Positions 1 to 12,922 of a DNA stretch of 64,000 nucleotides are shown in pieces. The stretch comes from Octopus vulgaris. Its lineage: Eukaryota. The notes beneath the pieces are model-generated. The model was not told where the DNA came from, did not search any database, and saw nothing but the letters and a program-made list of their open reading frames with translations. Position 1 is the first letter of the stretch. Every line of letters starts with the position of its first letter. Location of the stretch: the NCBI GenBank assembly GCA_951406725.2, contig OX597835.1, positions 40,424,001 through 40,488,000 on the forward strand. Reading direction: 5' to 3'. A program made the position numbers and the translations under genes.

Positions 1-227
1 GCGCGTCTATGATGAGTCTACGATTTTAAAAATAATTTACCATCATTTTTTTCCATTTTAATGCATTTTTTCGCTATTATATAAGGGAAGTAACTCTCTA
101 AAAATGTCTACGATGAGTCAACGATTTAAAAAAAATTTACCATAATTTTTTTTCCATTTTTAATGCATTTTTTTGCTATTTTTTGGCTATAACTCTCTAA
201 AAATGCTTTGTAGTTATTTCCTGCTAG
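1..227 (+). mobile_element. Partial non-autonomous Helitron
   Basis: Reverse-complement homolog of 8960-9180; ends in CTAG followed by T. Confidence 0.55.
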
Positions 228-915
228 TATATATATAAAACAACAAACCCTGGAGAATTAATTATTATTTTGACTGACACAAATTGTGAATCAACATAAA
301 AAGAAAAAAGCAGGTGACAGGAATGGGAAGAAAGCCTGGAATGTTCTATTTGTTTTTATAACGCATGGAAGAAAAATGTTTATCCATTGTATATATAACC
401 AACGTTATAATCGACTCCATCGGTCACAAATGACCATGGGTGCACCTAAGAGATTCCCCTCTGGGGTACAAGTCTGGGTGGAAAGTCACCTCACCTGCAA
501 ATGCACAACCTAGGATTGTTTTTATGGAAGACCAGTAGTCGCCCAAGCATGCCAGCCTCCCCCTCTACACACCACTGATGTTATTCAAGGAAATGGCAAA
601 GGGGCCGATACAGCTTGGCACTAGTAATGTCACAACTCATTTCTACTGCTGAGTGAATACAATGCACAGCCTGGTCCAGGAATTGAACTCCCACCCTCAC
701 GATCATAAGCTCGATGCTCTAACCACTGAGCCATGCACCTTCACTTGAAGTGTGTATAAAGCTATAAATAAAAGCATATAAAAGCACCAGTGGTGGTGCC
801 CCAACATGGCTGCGGCCTTCGGGCTAAAACATTTTTAAGGATTTAAATATCGGATTGAAAAACCCTTTTCGATAGCTTTATATGTGCTTCAAGATCCAGT
901 ATTCCAAAAAAAAAG

Positions 916-1314
916 GGATCTTTTCAGTTTGACCGGCAGTTTTTAACATAATTTCTAGGTAACTAAAAAAATTTTAACTTCGTATACTGGTAGAATGTTT
1001 ATAAAACATCTTTTTCTCTTGGCTTTATTGAGAAAATTCTATAGTTTGTAAGATATTTGTTGTTTTTTTCTTCAATTTCTGCAATTTCAACCAATCACTG
1101 ACATCCATTGAGTGTGTGCCGTATGAATATGTCCCTCGTTTAAGAAACAGATTGGGTTTATTTACATTTGTGAAGAAAAAAAAGATACCTTTCCCCCCAC
1201 CCCTAACCCTAAAACAGATTGAAATGGGATAGATTGCTACTAGGGTCATAATTATTGGGTGACAATTTCATATGACACTGCTAGAAAAAACTGCCGTTCA
1301 AACCGAAAAGATCC
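916..1314. mobile_element. MITE family A (Merlin-type) carrying CCCTAA repeats
   Basis: TIR ggatcttttcagtttga / tcaaaccgaaaagatcc; flanks aaaaaaag and aaaaaatg; other copies at 5465-6175, ~11300-11441, 23507-23918, ~60700-61195. Confidence 0.7.
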
Positions 1315-1498
1315 AAAAAATGAGTTGTTTCGTGTTCTCTTGAAAGTTTCTAAAATTCGTACGATATCAACAACATATTTACGCACACAAACACATCTGT
1401 AATTTTTCAAGTTATTGTTTGTAACTACATTGCCAGTTCAGTGCATGAAAGATGACAATTCTTTTTCTTCTTCTCTCTTTCCGTTTTTGTACATCTAG

Positions 1499-1585
1499 TT
1501 CCTTGAATCTTACGGCTATCCACACAGTATCACAGCAAAGAAGTTAATGTCTCCAACAACAAAAGACTTTCTGAATGTTTTTGAG
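1499..1585 (+). CDS. NDC80: NDC80/Hec1 internal exon (calponin-homology domain)
   Basis: AG/GT-bounded, phase 0, FLESYGYPHSITAKKLMSPTTKDFLNVFE; resembles human NDC80 FLTENGY...APSVKDFLKIF. Confidence 0.9.
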
Positions 1586-1660
1586 GTGAGTTCCCAATGA
1601 GATTCTTCATTCTTCTACTTCTTTTATTTCTTCTCAATTATTTTAAGATATTAGAGAGAA

Positions 1661-2040
1661 GGCACTCCATTGGTTCCGACGACGAGGGTTCCGGTTGATC
1701 CGAATCAACGGAACAGCCTGCTCGTGAAATTAACGTGTAAGTGGCTGAGCACTCCACACACACGTGTACCCTTAACGTAGTTCTCGGGGATATTCAGCGT
1801 GACACAGAGAGTGACAAGGCCGGCCCTTTGAAATACAGGTACAACAGAAACAGGAAGTAAGAGTGAGAGAAAGTTGTGGTGAAAGAGTACAGCAGGGATC
1901 ACCACAATCCCCTGCCAGAGCCTCGTGGAGCCTTAAGTGTTTTCGCTCAATAAACACTCACAACGCCCGGTCTGGGAATCGAAACTGCGATCCTACGACC
2001 GCGAGTCCGCTGCCCAAACCACTGGGCCATTGCGCCTCCA
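1661..2040 (-). mobile_element. tRNA-derived SINE (family 1)
   Basis: Minus-strand head ggaggcgcaatggcccagtgg...gtttcgattccc with A/B boxes; ~20 bp TSD ttttaagatatta(g/c)agagaa; second copy at 26464-26850. Confidence 0.8.
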
Positions 2041-2194
2041 CTTTTAAGATATTACAGAGAAATTGAATCTACCGCCTTCTGAACGGAATGTTCACTTGAC
2101 AAAAAATCAACTTAGCACCGCAAGTTAATAATGAATTAATGTGTATACACACACACACACACACATATATAGACTTACCATATTCCATTTTGAA

Positions 2195-3572
2195 CTTACG
2201 TGTGTATATAGATTTAACATATGCTGTGTAGAATTAATGTGTGTATAGAGATTTAACTTATGCCATATAGAATTAATGTGTGTATATAGATTTAATATAT
2301 GCTGTATAGAATTAACGTGTGTATATACATTTAGCATATGCAGTGTAGAATTATTGTGTGTATATAGATTTAACATATGCTGTGTAGAATTAATGTGTGT
2401 ATAGAGATTTAACTTATGCCATATAGAATTAATGTGTGTATATAGATTTAATATATGCTGTATAGAATTAACGTGTGTATATACATTTAGCATATGCAGT
2501 GTAGAATTATTGTGTGTATATAGATTTAACATATGCTGTGTAGAATTAATGTGTGTATAGAGATTTAACATATGCCATATAGAATTAATGTGTGTATATA
2601 AATTTAACATATACAGTGTAGAATTAATGTCTGTATATAAATTTAACATATACAGTGTAGAATTAATGTGTATATATAAATTTAACATATGCTGTGTAGA
2701 ATTAATGTGTGTATATAGATTTAACATATGTAGTGTAGAATTAATGTGTGTATATAGATTTAACATATGCCGTATAGAATTAACATGTGTATATACATTT
2801 AGCATATGCAGTGTAGAATTATTGTGTGTATATAGATTTAACATATGCTGTGTAGAATTAATGTGTGTATATAGATTTAACATATGCCATATAGAATTAA
2901 TGTGTGTATATAAATTTAACAAATACAGTGCAGAATTAATGTGTGTATATAGATTTAACATATACAGTGTAGAATTAATGTGTAATATATAAATTTAACA
3001 TATACAGTGTAGAATTAATGTGTGTATATAGATATAACATATGTAGTGTAGAATTAATGTGTGTATATAAATTTAACATATACAGTGTAGAATTAATGTG
3101 TGTATATAGATTTAACATATGTAGTGTAGAATTAATGTGTGTATATAGATTTAACATATGCCGTATAGAATTAACATGTGTATATACATTTAGCATATGC
3201 AGTGTAGAATTATTGTGTGTATATAGATTTAACATATGCTGTGTAGAATTAATGTGTGTATATAGATTTAACATATGCCATATAGAATTAATGTGTGTAT
3301 ATAAATTTAACATATACAGTGTAGAATTAATGTGTGTATATAGATTTAACATATGTAGTGTAGAATTAATGTGTGTATATAAATTTAACATATACAGTGT
3401 AGAATTGATGTGTGTATATAGATTTAACATATGTAGTGTAGAATTATTGTGTGTATATAGATTTATCATATGCAGTGTAGAATTATTGTGTGTATATAGA
3501 TTTATCATATGCAGTGTAGAATTATTGTGTGTATATAGATATAACATATGCAGTGTAGAGTTAATGTGTGTA
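2195..3572. repeat. 39-bp minisatellite (~35 units) in an NDC80 intron
   Basis: Unit tagaattaatgtgtgtatatagatttaacatatgcagtg; produces the spurious 13-aa repeat ORFs; further units at 4561-4760. Confidence 0.95.
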
Positions 3573-3633
3573 TTTGGGTTTAATAAATGATTTGAGTTCA
3601 GTTTCTGTGACTCGACTTTTTTGTTTTGTTTAG

Positions 3634-3819
3634 TTTATTGTGAAACACATCGAATTCAAATATAAGCTTCCAGAGAAATTTGATGAAGAAATCCCCCGCT
3701 ACCTCCGTTCTCTTGGCTATCCTTTCCCCATCAACAAGAGCTCGATGTTTACAATTGGCAGTCCTCACACCTGGCCGACCCTTTTATCTGCCCTTGTCTG
3801 GTTAACAGAACTTATCAAG
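3634..3819 (+). CDS. NDC80: NDC80 exon (CH domain C-terminal half)
   Basis: FIVKHIEFKYKLPEKFDEEIPRYLRSLGYPFPINKSSMFTIGSPHTWPTLLSALVWLTELIK contains the LGYPF...PHTWP signature; AG/GT bounded. Confidence 0.95.
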
Positions 3820-3965
3820 GTTTGATCCAGTTTTTCCATTTTGCTACAACTTTTTTCTTTTTTTTAATTCATCTTTGTAAAGGACTTTAGTTGTTTGATT
3901 CATTCATTATTGCAATGGACTTTCTTTTTTAATTTTTATTTTATTTATTTATTTTTTAAATTTTA

Positions 3966-4105
3966 TCTAGTTTCAGCTCACGAGCTGTGGCCATGCTGGG
4001 GCAACGCCATTTGGTGTTGTTACATGATTTTACTTCACGAATGCTTTTTAGCAAATGCCATTTGGTGCATGAGAGAGTTCGATGCAGCTGCCCTCATCTG
4101 TACCT
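3966..4105 (-). mobile_element. 3' end fragment of the CR1/L2-type LINE found at 31640-35043
   Basis: Reverse complement of ~34880-35020. Confidence 0.8.
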
Positions 4106-4292
4106 TCATTCAGTTTTCTCACACTCTAGTTCACTCTCTCTCACTTTCTCTTCATCTCTCTTGCTCTCATACTCACTCAAGCTCTATCTGTTTCACATTG
4201 TCACTCTCCCTCACACTCTCTCATTCTCACTCACACTCTCCCTTGTACACTCACTCTCACTCAGGCTGGTGGAGTCATAAGCCTGTGATATT

Positions 4293-4560
4293 TAGTTAAG
4301 TTAAGTTAATTTTTTGGCTTAAAAAGCAAAAAGCAAGGCCATGTAGGGGGACATGGAGTTATGTACAGGGAGGGTGTTCATGCAAAGAGTTCAGGCCATT
4401 TCTGGTCAAGAGAGACTTTGAACCGAGCGGTCGTCGGCATCTTCACTATCTCGTCCGGCAGCTTATTCCACGGATCTGCAACCCGGACGGAGAAAGCCCC
4501 TCTCCTTCGATTGAGATGAAATCGTCGCAGATAGAGCTTTTCGGAGTGACCCCGCAGCCA
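4293..4560 (-). mobile_element. CR1-type LINE 3' fragment
   Basis: Minus strand reads LRGHSEKL..RRFHLNRRRGAFSVRVADPWNKLP; short tandem tail. Confidence 0.65.
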
Positions 4561-4769
4561 TATGTAGTGTAGAATTAATGTGTGTATATAGATTTAACAT
4601 GTGTATATACATTTAGCATATGCAGTGTAGAATTATTGTGTGTATATAGATTTATATGTAGTGTAGAATTAATGTGTGTATATAGATTTAACATATGCTG
4701 TATAGAATTAACATGTGTATATACATTTAGCATATGCAGTGTAGAATTATTGTGTGTATATGGGTTTAA

Positions 4770-4988
4770 CCCTTTAGTATTTAAACCGGACATATCCGGC
4801 CAAAATACTTAATCTGTTTTATGTTCAAACTGACCAGATCCAGGCCCTCACACCTACCCCACAATGTTATTCTACATTAAGTAATTACACCGTCAAGCTC
4901 TTGAAGATATGAGATAATGCATGATTAATTCAAATCAATGGGAATCAATAGGCATTATGTTTGATAGAATAATCTGAACACTAAAGGG
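4770..4988. mobile_element. piggyBac-type MITE
   Basis: TTAA|ccctttag ... ctaaaggg|TTAA; matching empty site gggtttaataaatg at ~3576. Confidence 0.8.
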
Positions 4989-5292
4989 TTAATAAATGAT
5001 TTGAGTTCAGTTTCTGTGACTCGATTATTATTCTGAGTTCAAATTCTGTCAAAGTGGACTTCACTTTTTCACCCTTCAGGGGTTCAATAGAATAAAGAAA
5101 CAGTAATGGGACTGGAATCGGTTCTGTTATTGTAGCCTTGATAAGAATGGAATTATAATAGAAGATATTCTTAGTTCTATATTTAAGAGATGAGGTATTA
5201 TGTACCTTATTTACAATTGACAGATATCTGTCCTCATCTTGTTTGTTGTTAACACAATGTTTCGGTTGATATAGCCTCCAGCCTTTATCAAG

Positions 5293-5336
5293 ACACCTGA
5301 TGAAGGCTGGAGGGTATACCAGCCGAAACGTTGTGT
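5293..5336 (+). ncRNA. Minimal type I hammerhead ribozyme motif (Penelope-like element terminus)
   Basis: acac-CTGATGA-aggctgg...ccagcc-GAAAC-GTT-gtgt: stem I acac/gtgt, stem II ggctgg/ccagcc, palindromic stem III. Confidence 0.7.
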
Positions 5337-6175
5337 TAACAACAAACAAGATGAGGACAGATATCTGTCACTTGTAAATAATGTAAGACATTCTTACACT
5401 CAAACTTACTCTCTCACTCATGTCCTCTCTTTCACACTCTTGCTTGCCCCCACACACAAACTTTGGATCTTTTCCTTTTGAACGGCAGATGTCAACACAA
5501 TTTCTAGTTAACTAAACACTTTTAAACTTCGTATACTGGTAGAATGTGTTTATAAAACATCATTTTTTCTTGGCTTTATTGGGAAAATTCTATAGTTTGT
5601 AAGCAATTTCCACTTTAAAATTGAGCTTTTTGGCAATTTTAACCAATCAAATACGTCCATTTGGAGTCAACATACTGTGCTGTATGAATATGCTCGTTTA
5701 AGAAACAGATTGGGTTTATTTACATTTGCAAAGAAAAAAAGATATCCTAACCCTAACCCTAAAATAGATTGAAATGCAATAGATTGATACCTAGGGCCAT
5801 AATTATGGGTGACAATTTCATACAACACCACTACGGAAAATGGGATTTTTTTCTAGCTGTGTCAAATGAAAATGTCACCTATAATTATGGCCCTGGTATC
5901 GATCTATTGCATTTCAATCTATTTTAGTGTGAGGGGTGGGGGAAGGGTATCTTTTTTTCTTCGCAAATGTAAATAAACCCAATCTGTTTCTTAAACAAGG
6001 GACATATTCATACAGCACGGAATCTTTTCACCCCAAATGGAGGTAAGCGATTGGTTAAAATTGCCAAAATGCTCGATTTTAAAGTGGAAATATGCTACAA
6101 CATATAGAATTTTCTCAATAAAGCCAAGAAAAATGATGTTTTATAAAAACATTCTAACAGTATACGAAGTTTAAT

Positions 6176-6275
6176 NNNNNNNNNNNNNNNNNNNNNNNNN
6201 NNNNNNNNNNNNNNNNNNNNNNNNNNNNNNNNNNNNNNNNNNNNNNNNNNNNNNNNNNNNNNNNNNNNNNNNNNN
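6176..6275. other. Assembly gap (100 N); several NDC80 coiled-coil exons are probably missing here
   Basis: N run; a long stretch of NDC80 protein is absent between the 3819 and 6276 exons. Confidence 0.9.
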
Positions 6276-6394
6276 GGATGAAGAAGGAGGAAGAACAGCT
6301 GCAGAGTCAGATGGAAACGTTGGAGAAGGAAGATGCTGAATTAAGCCAAGAAATCTGGAACAAAGAACTTGAGATTGGTAAAATTCAAGAAAAG
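6276..6394 (+). CDS. NDC80: NDC80 exon, 5' truncated by the gap (coiled coil)
   Basis: MKKEEEQLQSQMETLEKEDAELSQEIWNKELEIGKIQEK followed by gtaaat donor. Confidence 0.85.
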
Positions 6395-7194
6395 GTAAAT
6401 AAACAGCAGAAATCAACATTTTACCTTTTGTTTTTACTGTTCAGAAATATTGAATTTCTAAATATCTCATAGAGATATGTACGGTGGTGGAGCGATAGAG
6501 TGGTTGTATACTGTCAACTTAACGTGACAGTCCCATAAGGGAATTACACCACCGCTGTTTAGCCCTAGGAAGCATCGACGCTTCCTGTCGGCCTTGACAC
6601 ATTTCCTGTGTCCTTATATATTTACGAAGGGGGGACAAATACCCCCAACAGCTCTTATATAAGAATCCTTCCTACTTAAGGCACAAGGCCTGAAATTTGG
6701 TGTGGGTCGGGGAGATGGTCAATAACATTGACCCCAGTGTTCAACTGGTACTTATTTTATCAACCCTGGAAGATGGATTAAAGGCAAAGTTGACTTTGGT
6801 AGCATTTGAACTCAGAACATAAGGATAGACAAAACGCTTAGCAGCATTTTGTCCTGCATGATAACAATTCTGCCAGCTCACCACCTATCATTATATAATT
6901 AATCCTTTCTACTATAGGCACAAGGCCTGAAATTTTGGGGAAGGGGACTAGTCGATTATATCAACCCCAGTGTGCCACTGGTACTTAATTCAGCAACCCT
7001 GAAAGGATGAAAGGCAAAGTCGACCTTAGCGGAATTTGAACTCAGAATGCAGAGATAGGTGAAATACCAAGCATCTTGTTCAGCTTGCTAACAATTCTGC
7101 CAGCTCGCTGCCTTTATCATTATATAATAATGCCAAGTCAGCACTAATTAGTTGACTTATAGTCAAAGACATTCCAGTCATAAGTGACCATCCT

Positions 7195-7608
7195 ATTTCT
7201 TTACTACCCACAAGGGGCTAAACACAGAGGGGACGAACAAGGACAGACAAACGGATTAAGTCGATTACATCGACCCCAGTGCGTAACTGGTACTTAATTT
7301 ATCGACCCCGAAAGGATGAAAGGCAAAGTCGACCTTGGCGGAATTTGAACTCAGAATGTAGCGGCAGACGAAATACCTATTTCTTTACTACCCACAGGGG
7401 GCTAAACACAGAGGGGACAAACAAGGACAGACAAATAGATTAAGTCGATTACATCGACCCCAGTGCGTAACTGGTACTTAATTTATCAACCCGAAGGGAT
7501 GAAAGGCAAAGTTGACCTCGGCGGAATTTGAACTCAGAACATAACGGCAGGCGAAATATGGCTGCGCATTTCGCCCGGCGTGCTAACGTTTCTGCCAGCT
7601 CACCGCCA
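7195..7608 (-). mobile_element. tRNA-derived SINE (family 2, Deu/Nin-like core) with duplicated 3' half
   Basis: Core gcctttcatcctttcggggtcgataaattaagtacc; many copies (6660-7110, 15248, 22335, 24700, 53523, 60440, 61665). Confidence 0.75.
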
Positions 7609-8249
7609 TCGTCATAAGTGACCATCCTGTCTGTTTCATTCAGGAACAGTGTATCAAGAGCTAACATTAGTTCCTTCTTTTTTCATAATTCTATTTGTGT
7701 CTCCTCAAGCGCTAAGACTCACAAGACTGGTTACCCAGTTTCCATGATGCATAAGTGACCAAGATCACAACATTGCCTCTAAAATAAGTCGAAAGGTAAG
7801 CTACTATAAATCGGCACAAACTTTCCAGACAACTCAATATTAGCAGGTGAAGGAGGGCAGGGTAGGGTGGCAGAAACGGAGATGCAACATAAAGAATGCA
7901 TTGCAACTTTCAAAATTTCTCATACTGAGTTCAAATTCTACCAAGATTCACTTTGCTTTTCATCAGTTCCAGGACTTAGTTTTTCCTTCCCTCTCTCTCC
8001 ATCTCTCTCTTTCTCTCCAATGTTTGGCTTCATACAGCCAATATAGAAAGTCTTAATTGGAAGAATATTATACAAAATCAAAATCATCATCATCATCGTT
8101 TAACGTCCGCTATCCATGGGTTGGACAGTTCAACTGGGGTCTGGGAAGCCAGAAGGCTGCATTAGGCCCAGTCTGATCTGGCAATGTTTCTACAGCTGGA
8201 TGCCCTTCCTAACACCAACCACTCCGTGAGTGTAGTGGGTGCTTTTTAT

Positions 8250-8682
8250 GTGCCACCAGCACAGGTGCCAGACAGAGCTGGCAAACGGCCATGCTCAGAT
8301 GGTGTCTTTTTATGTGCCACCGACACAGGTGCCAGACGAGGCTGGCGAACGGCCACGCTCAGATGGTGTTTTTTTATGTGCCACCGACACAGGTGCCAGA
8401 CGAGGCTGGCGAACGGCCACGTTCAGATGGTGTTTTTTTATGTGCCACCGACACAGGTGCCAGACGAGGCTGGCGAACGGCCATGCTCGGATGGTGTTTT
8501 TTTATGTGCCATCGGCACAGGTGCCAGACGAGGCTGGCGAACGGCCACGCTCGGATGGTGTTTTTTTATGTGCCACCGACACAGGTGCCAGACGAGGCTG
8601 GCGAACGGCCACGCTCAGATGGTGTTTTTTTATGTGCCACCGACACAGGTGCCAGACGAGGCTGGCGAATGGCCACGCTTGG
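8250..8682. repeat. ~63-bp tandem repeat (about 7 units) inside a SINE-like element with a (CAT)n end
   Basis: Unit atggtgttttttatgtgccaccgacacaggtgccagacgaggctggcgaacggccacgctc; related units at 13190-13440 and 20890-21010. Confidence 0.9.
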
Positions 8683-8759
8683 ATAGTGTTATGACTCTTC
8701 ACAATTAATAAACAATTTTTTTTCTCTTTTTCATCCCATTTTTTTCATATTATTTCCAG

Positions 8760-8906
8760 TTAAACGAGAAATCTAAGCAATACAACAGACTGGCCCAAAA
8801 TTTGCAGCTGATACCAACAACTGCAGAAAATGCTGGTGGCTTAGATTTTGAAATGAAACCAGGCCGTCTCTTTGACAGCACCCAGGAACAATTCAAAAAT
8901 CATAAG
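8760..8906 (+). CDS. NDC80: NDC80 exon (loop region)
   Basis: LNEKSKQYNRLAQNLQLIPTTAENAGGLDFEMKP resembles human [25 protein letters not shown]; ccag/gttag bounds. Confidence 0.92.
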
Positions 8907-8929
8907 GTTAGTCAGATATTATTTTAAAA

Positions 8930-9317
8930 CTAGCAGTATCGCCCGGCATTGCTCGGTTTTGTAAGGGAAATAACTATATAAGCATTTTTAGAGAGTTATA
9001 GCCAAAAAATAGCAAAAAAATGCATTAAAAATGGAAAAAAAATTATGGTAAATTTTTTTTTAAATCGTTGACTCATCGTAGACATTTTTAGAGAGTTACT
9101 TCCTTATATTTAAAAAATATGCATTAAAATGGAAAAAAATGATGGTAAATTATTTTTAAAATCGTAGACGTGCGCGCGCTAATACCCAGAAGGGATCGAT
9201 ATGAATCACGACTATAAGATACCCGGTAAATTTGGTTAAACTGCACTGCAAAATGTGGGAGTAGTTAGGAATCTAAATCGGAGTAGACAGATACACAACT
9301 TTACTTCTATATAAAGA
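8930..9317 (-). mobile_element. Non-autonomous Helitron
   Basis: Minus strand begins A|TC and ends with a GC hairpin plus CTAG|T; relatives at 47180-47470 and 55430-55770. Confidence 0.75.
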
Positions 9318-10214
9318 TATTCTTTTTCGAAAAATATTTATATCTTTTATCTTCTAGCTCTTCTAGTCATTAGTCTGCACGACCTTGAAGAATTCTCATC
9401 AAATAGATTGACTCCGGGAAGTACCTTTTTTTTTGTCTGCTTATTCTACCTCTGTATCTGTCTGAAGCACTTTTCTGCTAGGATATAAGACACGTCCAGC
9501 CACCACGCCTGTGCCGATTGCCCAGTGCTCCGCCACGCTACCGTGCCCAATATCAAAAGAACGAACCGAAGCTCGCGGTATTGCCCACGTACATGTGGAC
9601 GTACCCGCGACTGATGCCAGAAGGCTGTCACGAGATACACGCGGTCGATACAGCGACATGGTCCATCCCGTAAATTCCCGAAAGATGATAACTGCGGCTA
9701 GCATAGGTGAAAGTCTGCAACAACTACAGCTGTTGACCCCTAACTTAAAGCTTCCTCAGTGTGCCTGTGCAGCATTACCATGTCATATCTATAAATTTGT
9801 ATGGATTTTCAGTAAATGTATGACCCATTATTCTGTTGTTCAATTGTTTTTATTTCTAGTGAAGGAAAAGATCACTGAAGCGCTGCTCCTTTCAAAAGAT
9901 ACTGTACCCCCCATACTGGAACAACAGTAACATTCTTCATTAAAATAAAGTTTCTACCCTTTTAACATACAACCTATAAAAATACAATATTACTATACTG
10001 GAGCAACGGCTAACTTTATTTTGTCAAATAAACTTTGAATAAATTCTTTCTATATTATGCTGCTCCCTTTAAAAATGTTGTACTACCATTCTGGGGCAAC
10101 AATAACATTCTTCAGTGAAATAAATTTTGTTAAATTATTTCTACACACCCACATACACACGCATGTGCGACTCCCAAACACCAACTGTTAAATCCTTGTC
10201 TTGTTCTAATTCAG

Positions 10215-10309
10215 GAGAATGACCAGTGCAGTGAGAAAGAGGCTTTCATATTGTCCGGCTGAAGAACAACCTGGAACGACTGAAGAAAGACTACAAATGT
10301 GACAAGCAA
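10215..10309 (+). pseudogene. NDC80: Frameshifted duplicate of the NDC80 exon at 12923-13015
   Basis: Near-identical to 12923-13015 but gctttcat replaces gcccat (+2 nt), giving an in-frame TGA; donor gtaaag vs gtaag. Confidence 0.7.
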
Positions 10310-12922
10310 GTAAAGTACTCTCGTTTCCAGTCATGTGACTGTTTGGCCATGCTGGACACCGCCTTTAGTCGATCAAATCAACCCCAGGACTTATTCTTTG
10401 TAAGCCTAGTACTTATTTTATTGGTCCCTTTTTTTGCCGAACCGCTAAGTTACGGGGACGTAAACACACCAGCATCGGTTGGTCTTAATCGATGTGGGGT
10501 TGGCCAAACACAGACACACAAACACATACACATATATATACATATATACGACGGACTTCTTTCAGTTTCCGTCACCAAATCCACTCACAAGGCTTTGGTA
10601 GCTGCCCGAGGCTATAGTAGCAAGACACTTGCCCATGTCCATGCAGTGGGACTAAACCCGGAACCATGTGGTTGGTAAGCAAGCTACTTACCACACAGCC
10701 ACTTTTACTTTTGGTAGATCTTTTATCATTTCATCTTTTACTTGTTTCAGTCATTGGACTGAAAATGCTGGGGCACTGCCTTGAATGGTTTAGTCGGACC
10801 CCTGTACTTAATTCCAAGTATTCTTAAGTCTTGTACCAATGCTGAACTGGGATGTAAACAAACCAACATCGGTTGTCGCGTAGTGGGGTTACACAGACAC
10901 AAAGGCATACATACACACACACACATACAGTCATCATCATCGTCATCATTTTAATATACACTTTTCCATGCTCACTTGGGTCAGACAGAATTATTTGGAG
11001 CAGATCTTTTGTTATTGCTGGATCTCGTGGCTTCCCGTGCCAGTGGCACGTAAAAAGCACCATCCGATCGTGGCCATTTGCCAGACCCATCTGGTACTTG
11101 TGCAGGTGGCACGTAAAAAGCACCCACTACACTCATGGAGTGGTTGGCGTTAGGAAGGGCATCCAGCTGTAGAAACACTGCCAGATCAGACTGGAGCTTG
11201 CTGCAGCCTCCTGGCTTCCCAGACCCCAGTCGAACCATCCAACCCGTGCTAGCACAGAAAACGGACGTTAAACGATGATGATGATGATGATGATGAAGAA
11301 AAAAAGATACCCTTCCCCCCACCCCTAACCCTAACCCTAAAACAGATTGAAATGCAATAGATTGATACTAGGGTCATAATTACGGGTGACAATTTCATAT
11401 GACACCGCTAGAAAAAACTGCTGTTCAAATGGAAACGATCCCTTTAACCTCTATGGAGCATAGGGCCATGAATGACTTTTCTCCTGTTCTCAACTCGGGG
11501 CTGTCTTTACTGCTTCCCTCCAGTTTGATTCCTATTTTTACTCATCTGCCTCGCTATCCCACCTCCGGCTATTTTTAGAGTATCCTCCCTCCCACCTCGC
11601 TTGTAAGTTCCAGATCAGGTCCTGGCATATGATGTTTCCATCTGGGAAGACCTTCCTCTTCTTGGCCTTGTTTGTTTGGAATTATCAGAGATCCTTTTGT
11701 AACTTTGTCTTTGTCTGAGAAGAGGTCTTGGTCCTACCCAAACCCATTTTTACCTCTGGGAAGAGGTGATATAAGTCTGGGCCCCGTCTTTGATCTGTCG
11801 AGTACAGGGGCCCAAGCAAGAGCCTTGTGCTCTACTGGCATAGCTCTTGAGGTCATTGAGGCATACTAGTCACTATTGCCTTCCAGGTGAGTTTGTCATG
11901 GGGATGCCGCAATGTGTAACCATAGTCTTCTTGTCCAGAAGAGTTCCCTCAAGAGGTGAGAGACTGCAGCAAGCATAAAGTAGTCAGTTTGAAAGTCTGC
12001 AACAACTACAGCTGTTGACCCCTGAGTTACAGCTTCCTCAGTGACTAACCTACACGCTCTAGGTGACCGTCGCACCCCAAGAGGGTCCAGACTATATTGA
12101 GGGCTAGCAGTCGGCAGGTGGATATATCCAGGATCGTTCGGCATGATGCTGGAGACGTCAGCCTAAGACGCTGTCAGCCCGGCGGGTGGCCGCCGCCTTC
12201 ACGCCACGTTGCTTTACGCACCGCCAGCGGCAGGCCTGCACCAATCGCCCAGTGCTCCGCCACGCTACCATGCCCGATATCAAAAGAACGAACCGAAGCT
12301 CGCGGTATTGCCCACGTACATGTGGACGTACCCGCGACTGATGCCAGAAGGCTGTCACGAGATACACGTGGTCGATACAGCGACATGGTCCATCCCGTAA
12401 ATTCCCGAAAGATGACAACTGCGGCTAGCATAGGTGAAAGTCTGCAACAACTACAGCTGTTGACCCCTAACTTAAAGCTTCCTCAGTGTGCCTGTGCAGC
12501 ATTACCATGTCATATCTATCAATTTGTATGGATTTTCAGTAAATGTATGATCCATTATTCTGTTGTTCAATTGTTTTTATTTCTACACTGCGCTGCTCCC
12601 TTTCAAAAATACTGTACCCCCCATACTGGAACAACAGTAACATTCTTCATTAAAATAAAGTTTCTACCCTTTTACTACAACCTATAAAAATACAATATTA
12701 CTATACTGGAGCAACAGCTAACTTTATTTTGTCAAATAAACTTTGAATAAATTCTTTCTATATTGTGCTGCTCCCTTTAAAAATCTTGTACTACCATTCT
12801 GGGGCGACAATAACATTCTTCAGTGAAATAAATTTTGTTAAATTATTTCTACACACCCACATACACACGCATGTGCGACTCCCAAACACCAACTGTTAAA
12901 TCCTTGTCTTGTTCTAATTCAG

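Noticed and set aside
1960-2040. tRNA genes (also ~26770-26850 and ~63335-63410)
   Set aside because: tRNA-like heads of multi-copy SINEs with bodies, tails and in some cases TSDs
2125-3590. Long 13-aa-repeat ORFs and a CRISPR-like periodicity
   Set aside because: Pure 39-bp minisatellite with no unique spacers and no cas genes, in a eukaryotic intron
8184-8708. Overlapping repeat ORFs
   Set aside because: Translation of a ~63-bp tandem repeat inside a SINE-like element
9511-9930. 139-aa ORF and its 196-aa counterpart at 12097-12687
   Set aside because: GC-rich repeat-like sequence within the duplication; the two copies end differently and show no recognisable domain
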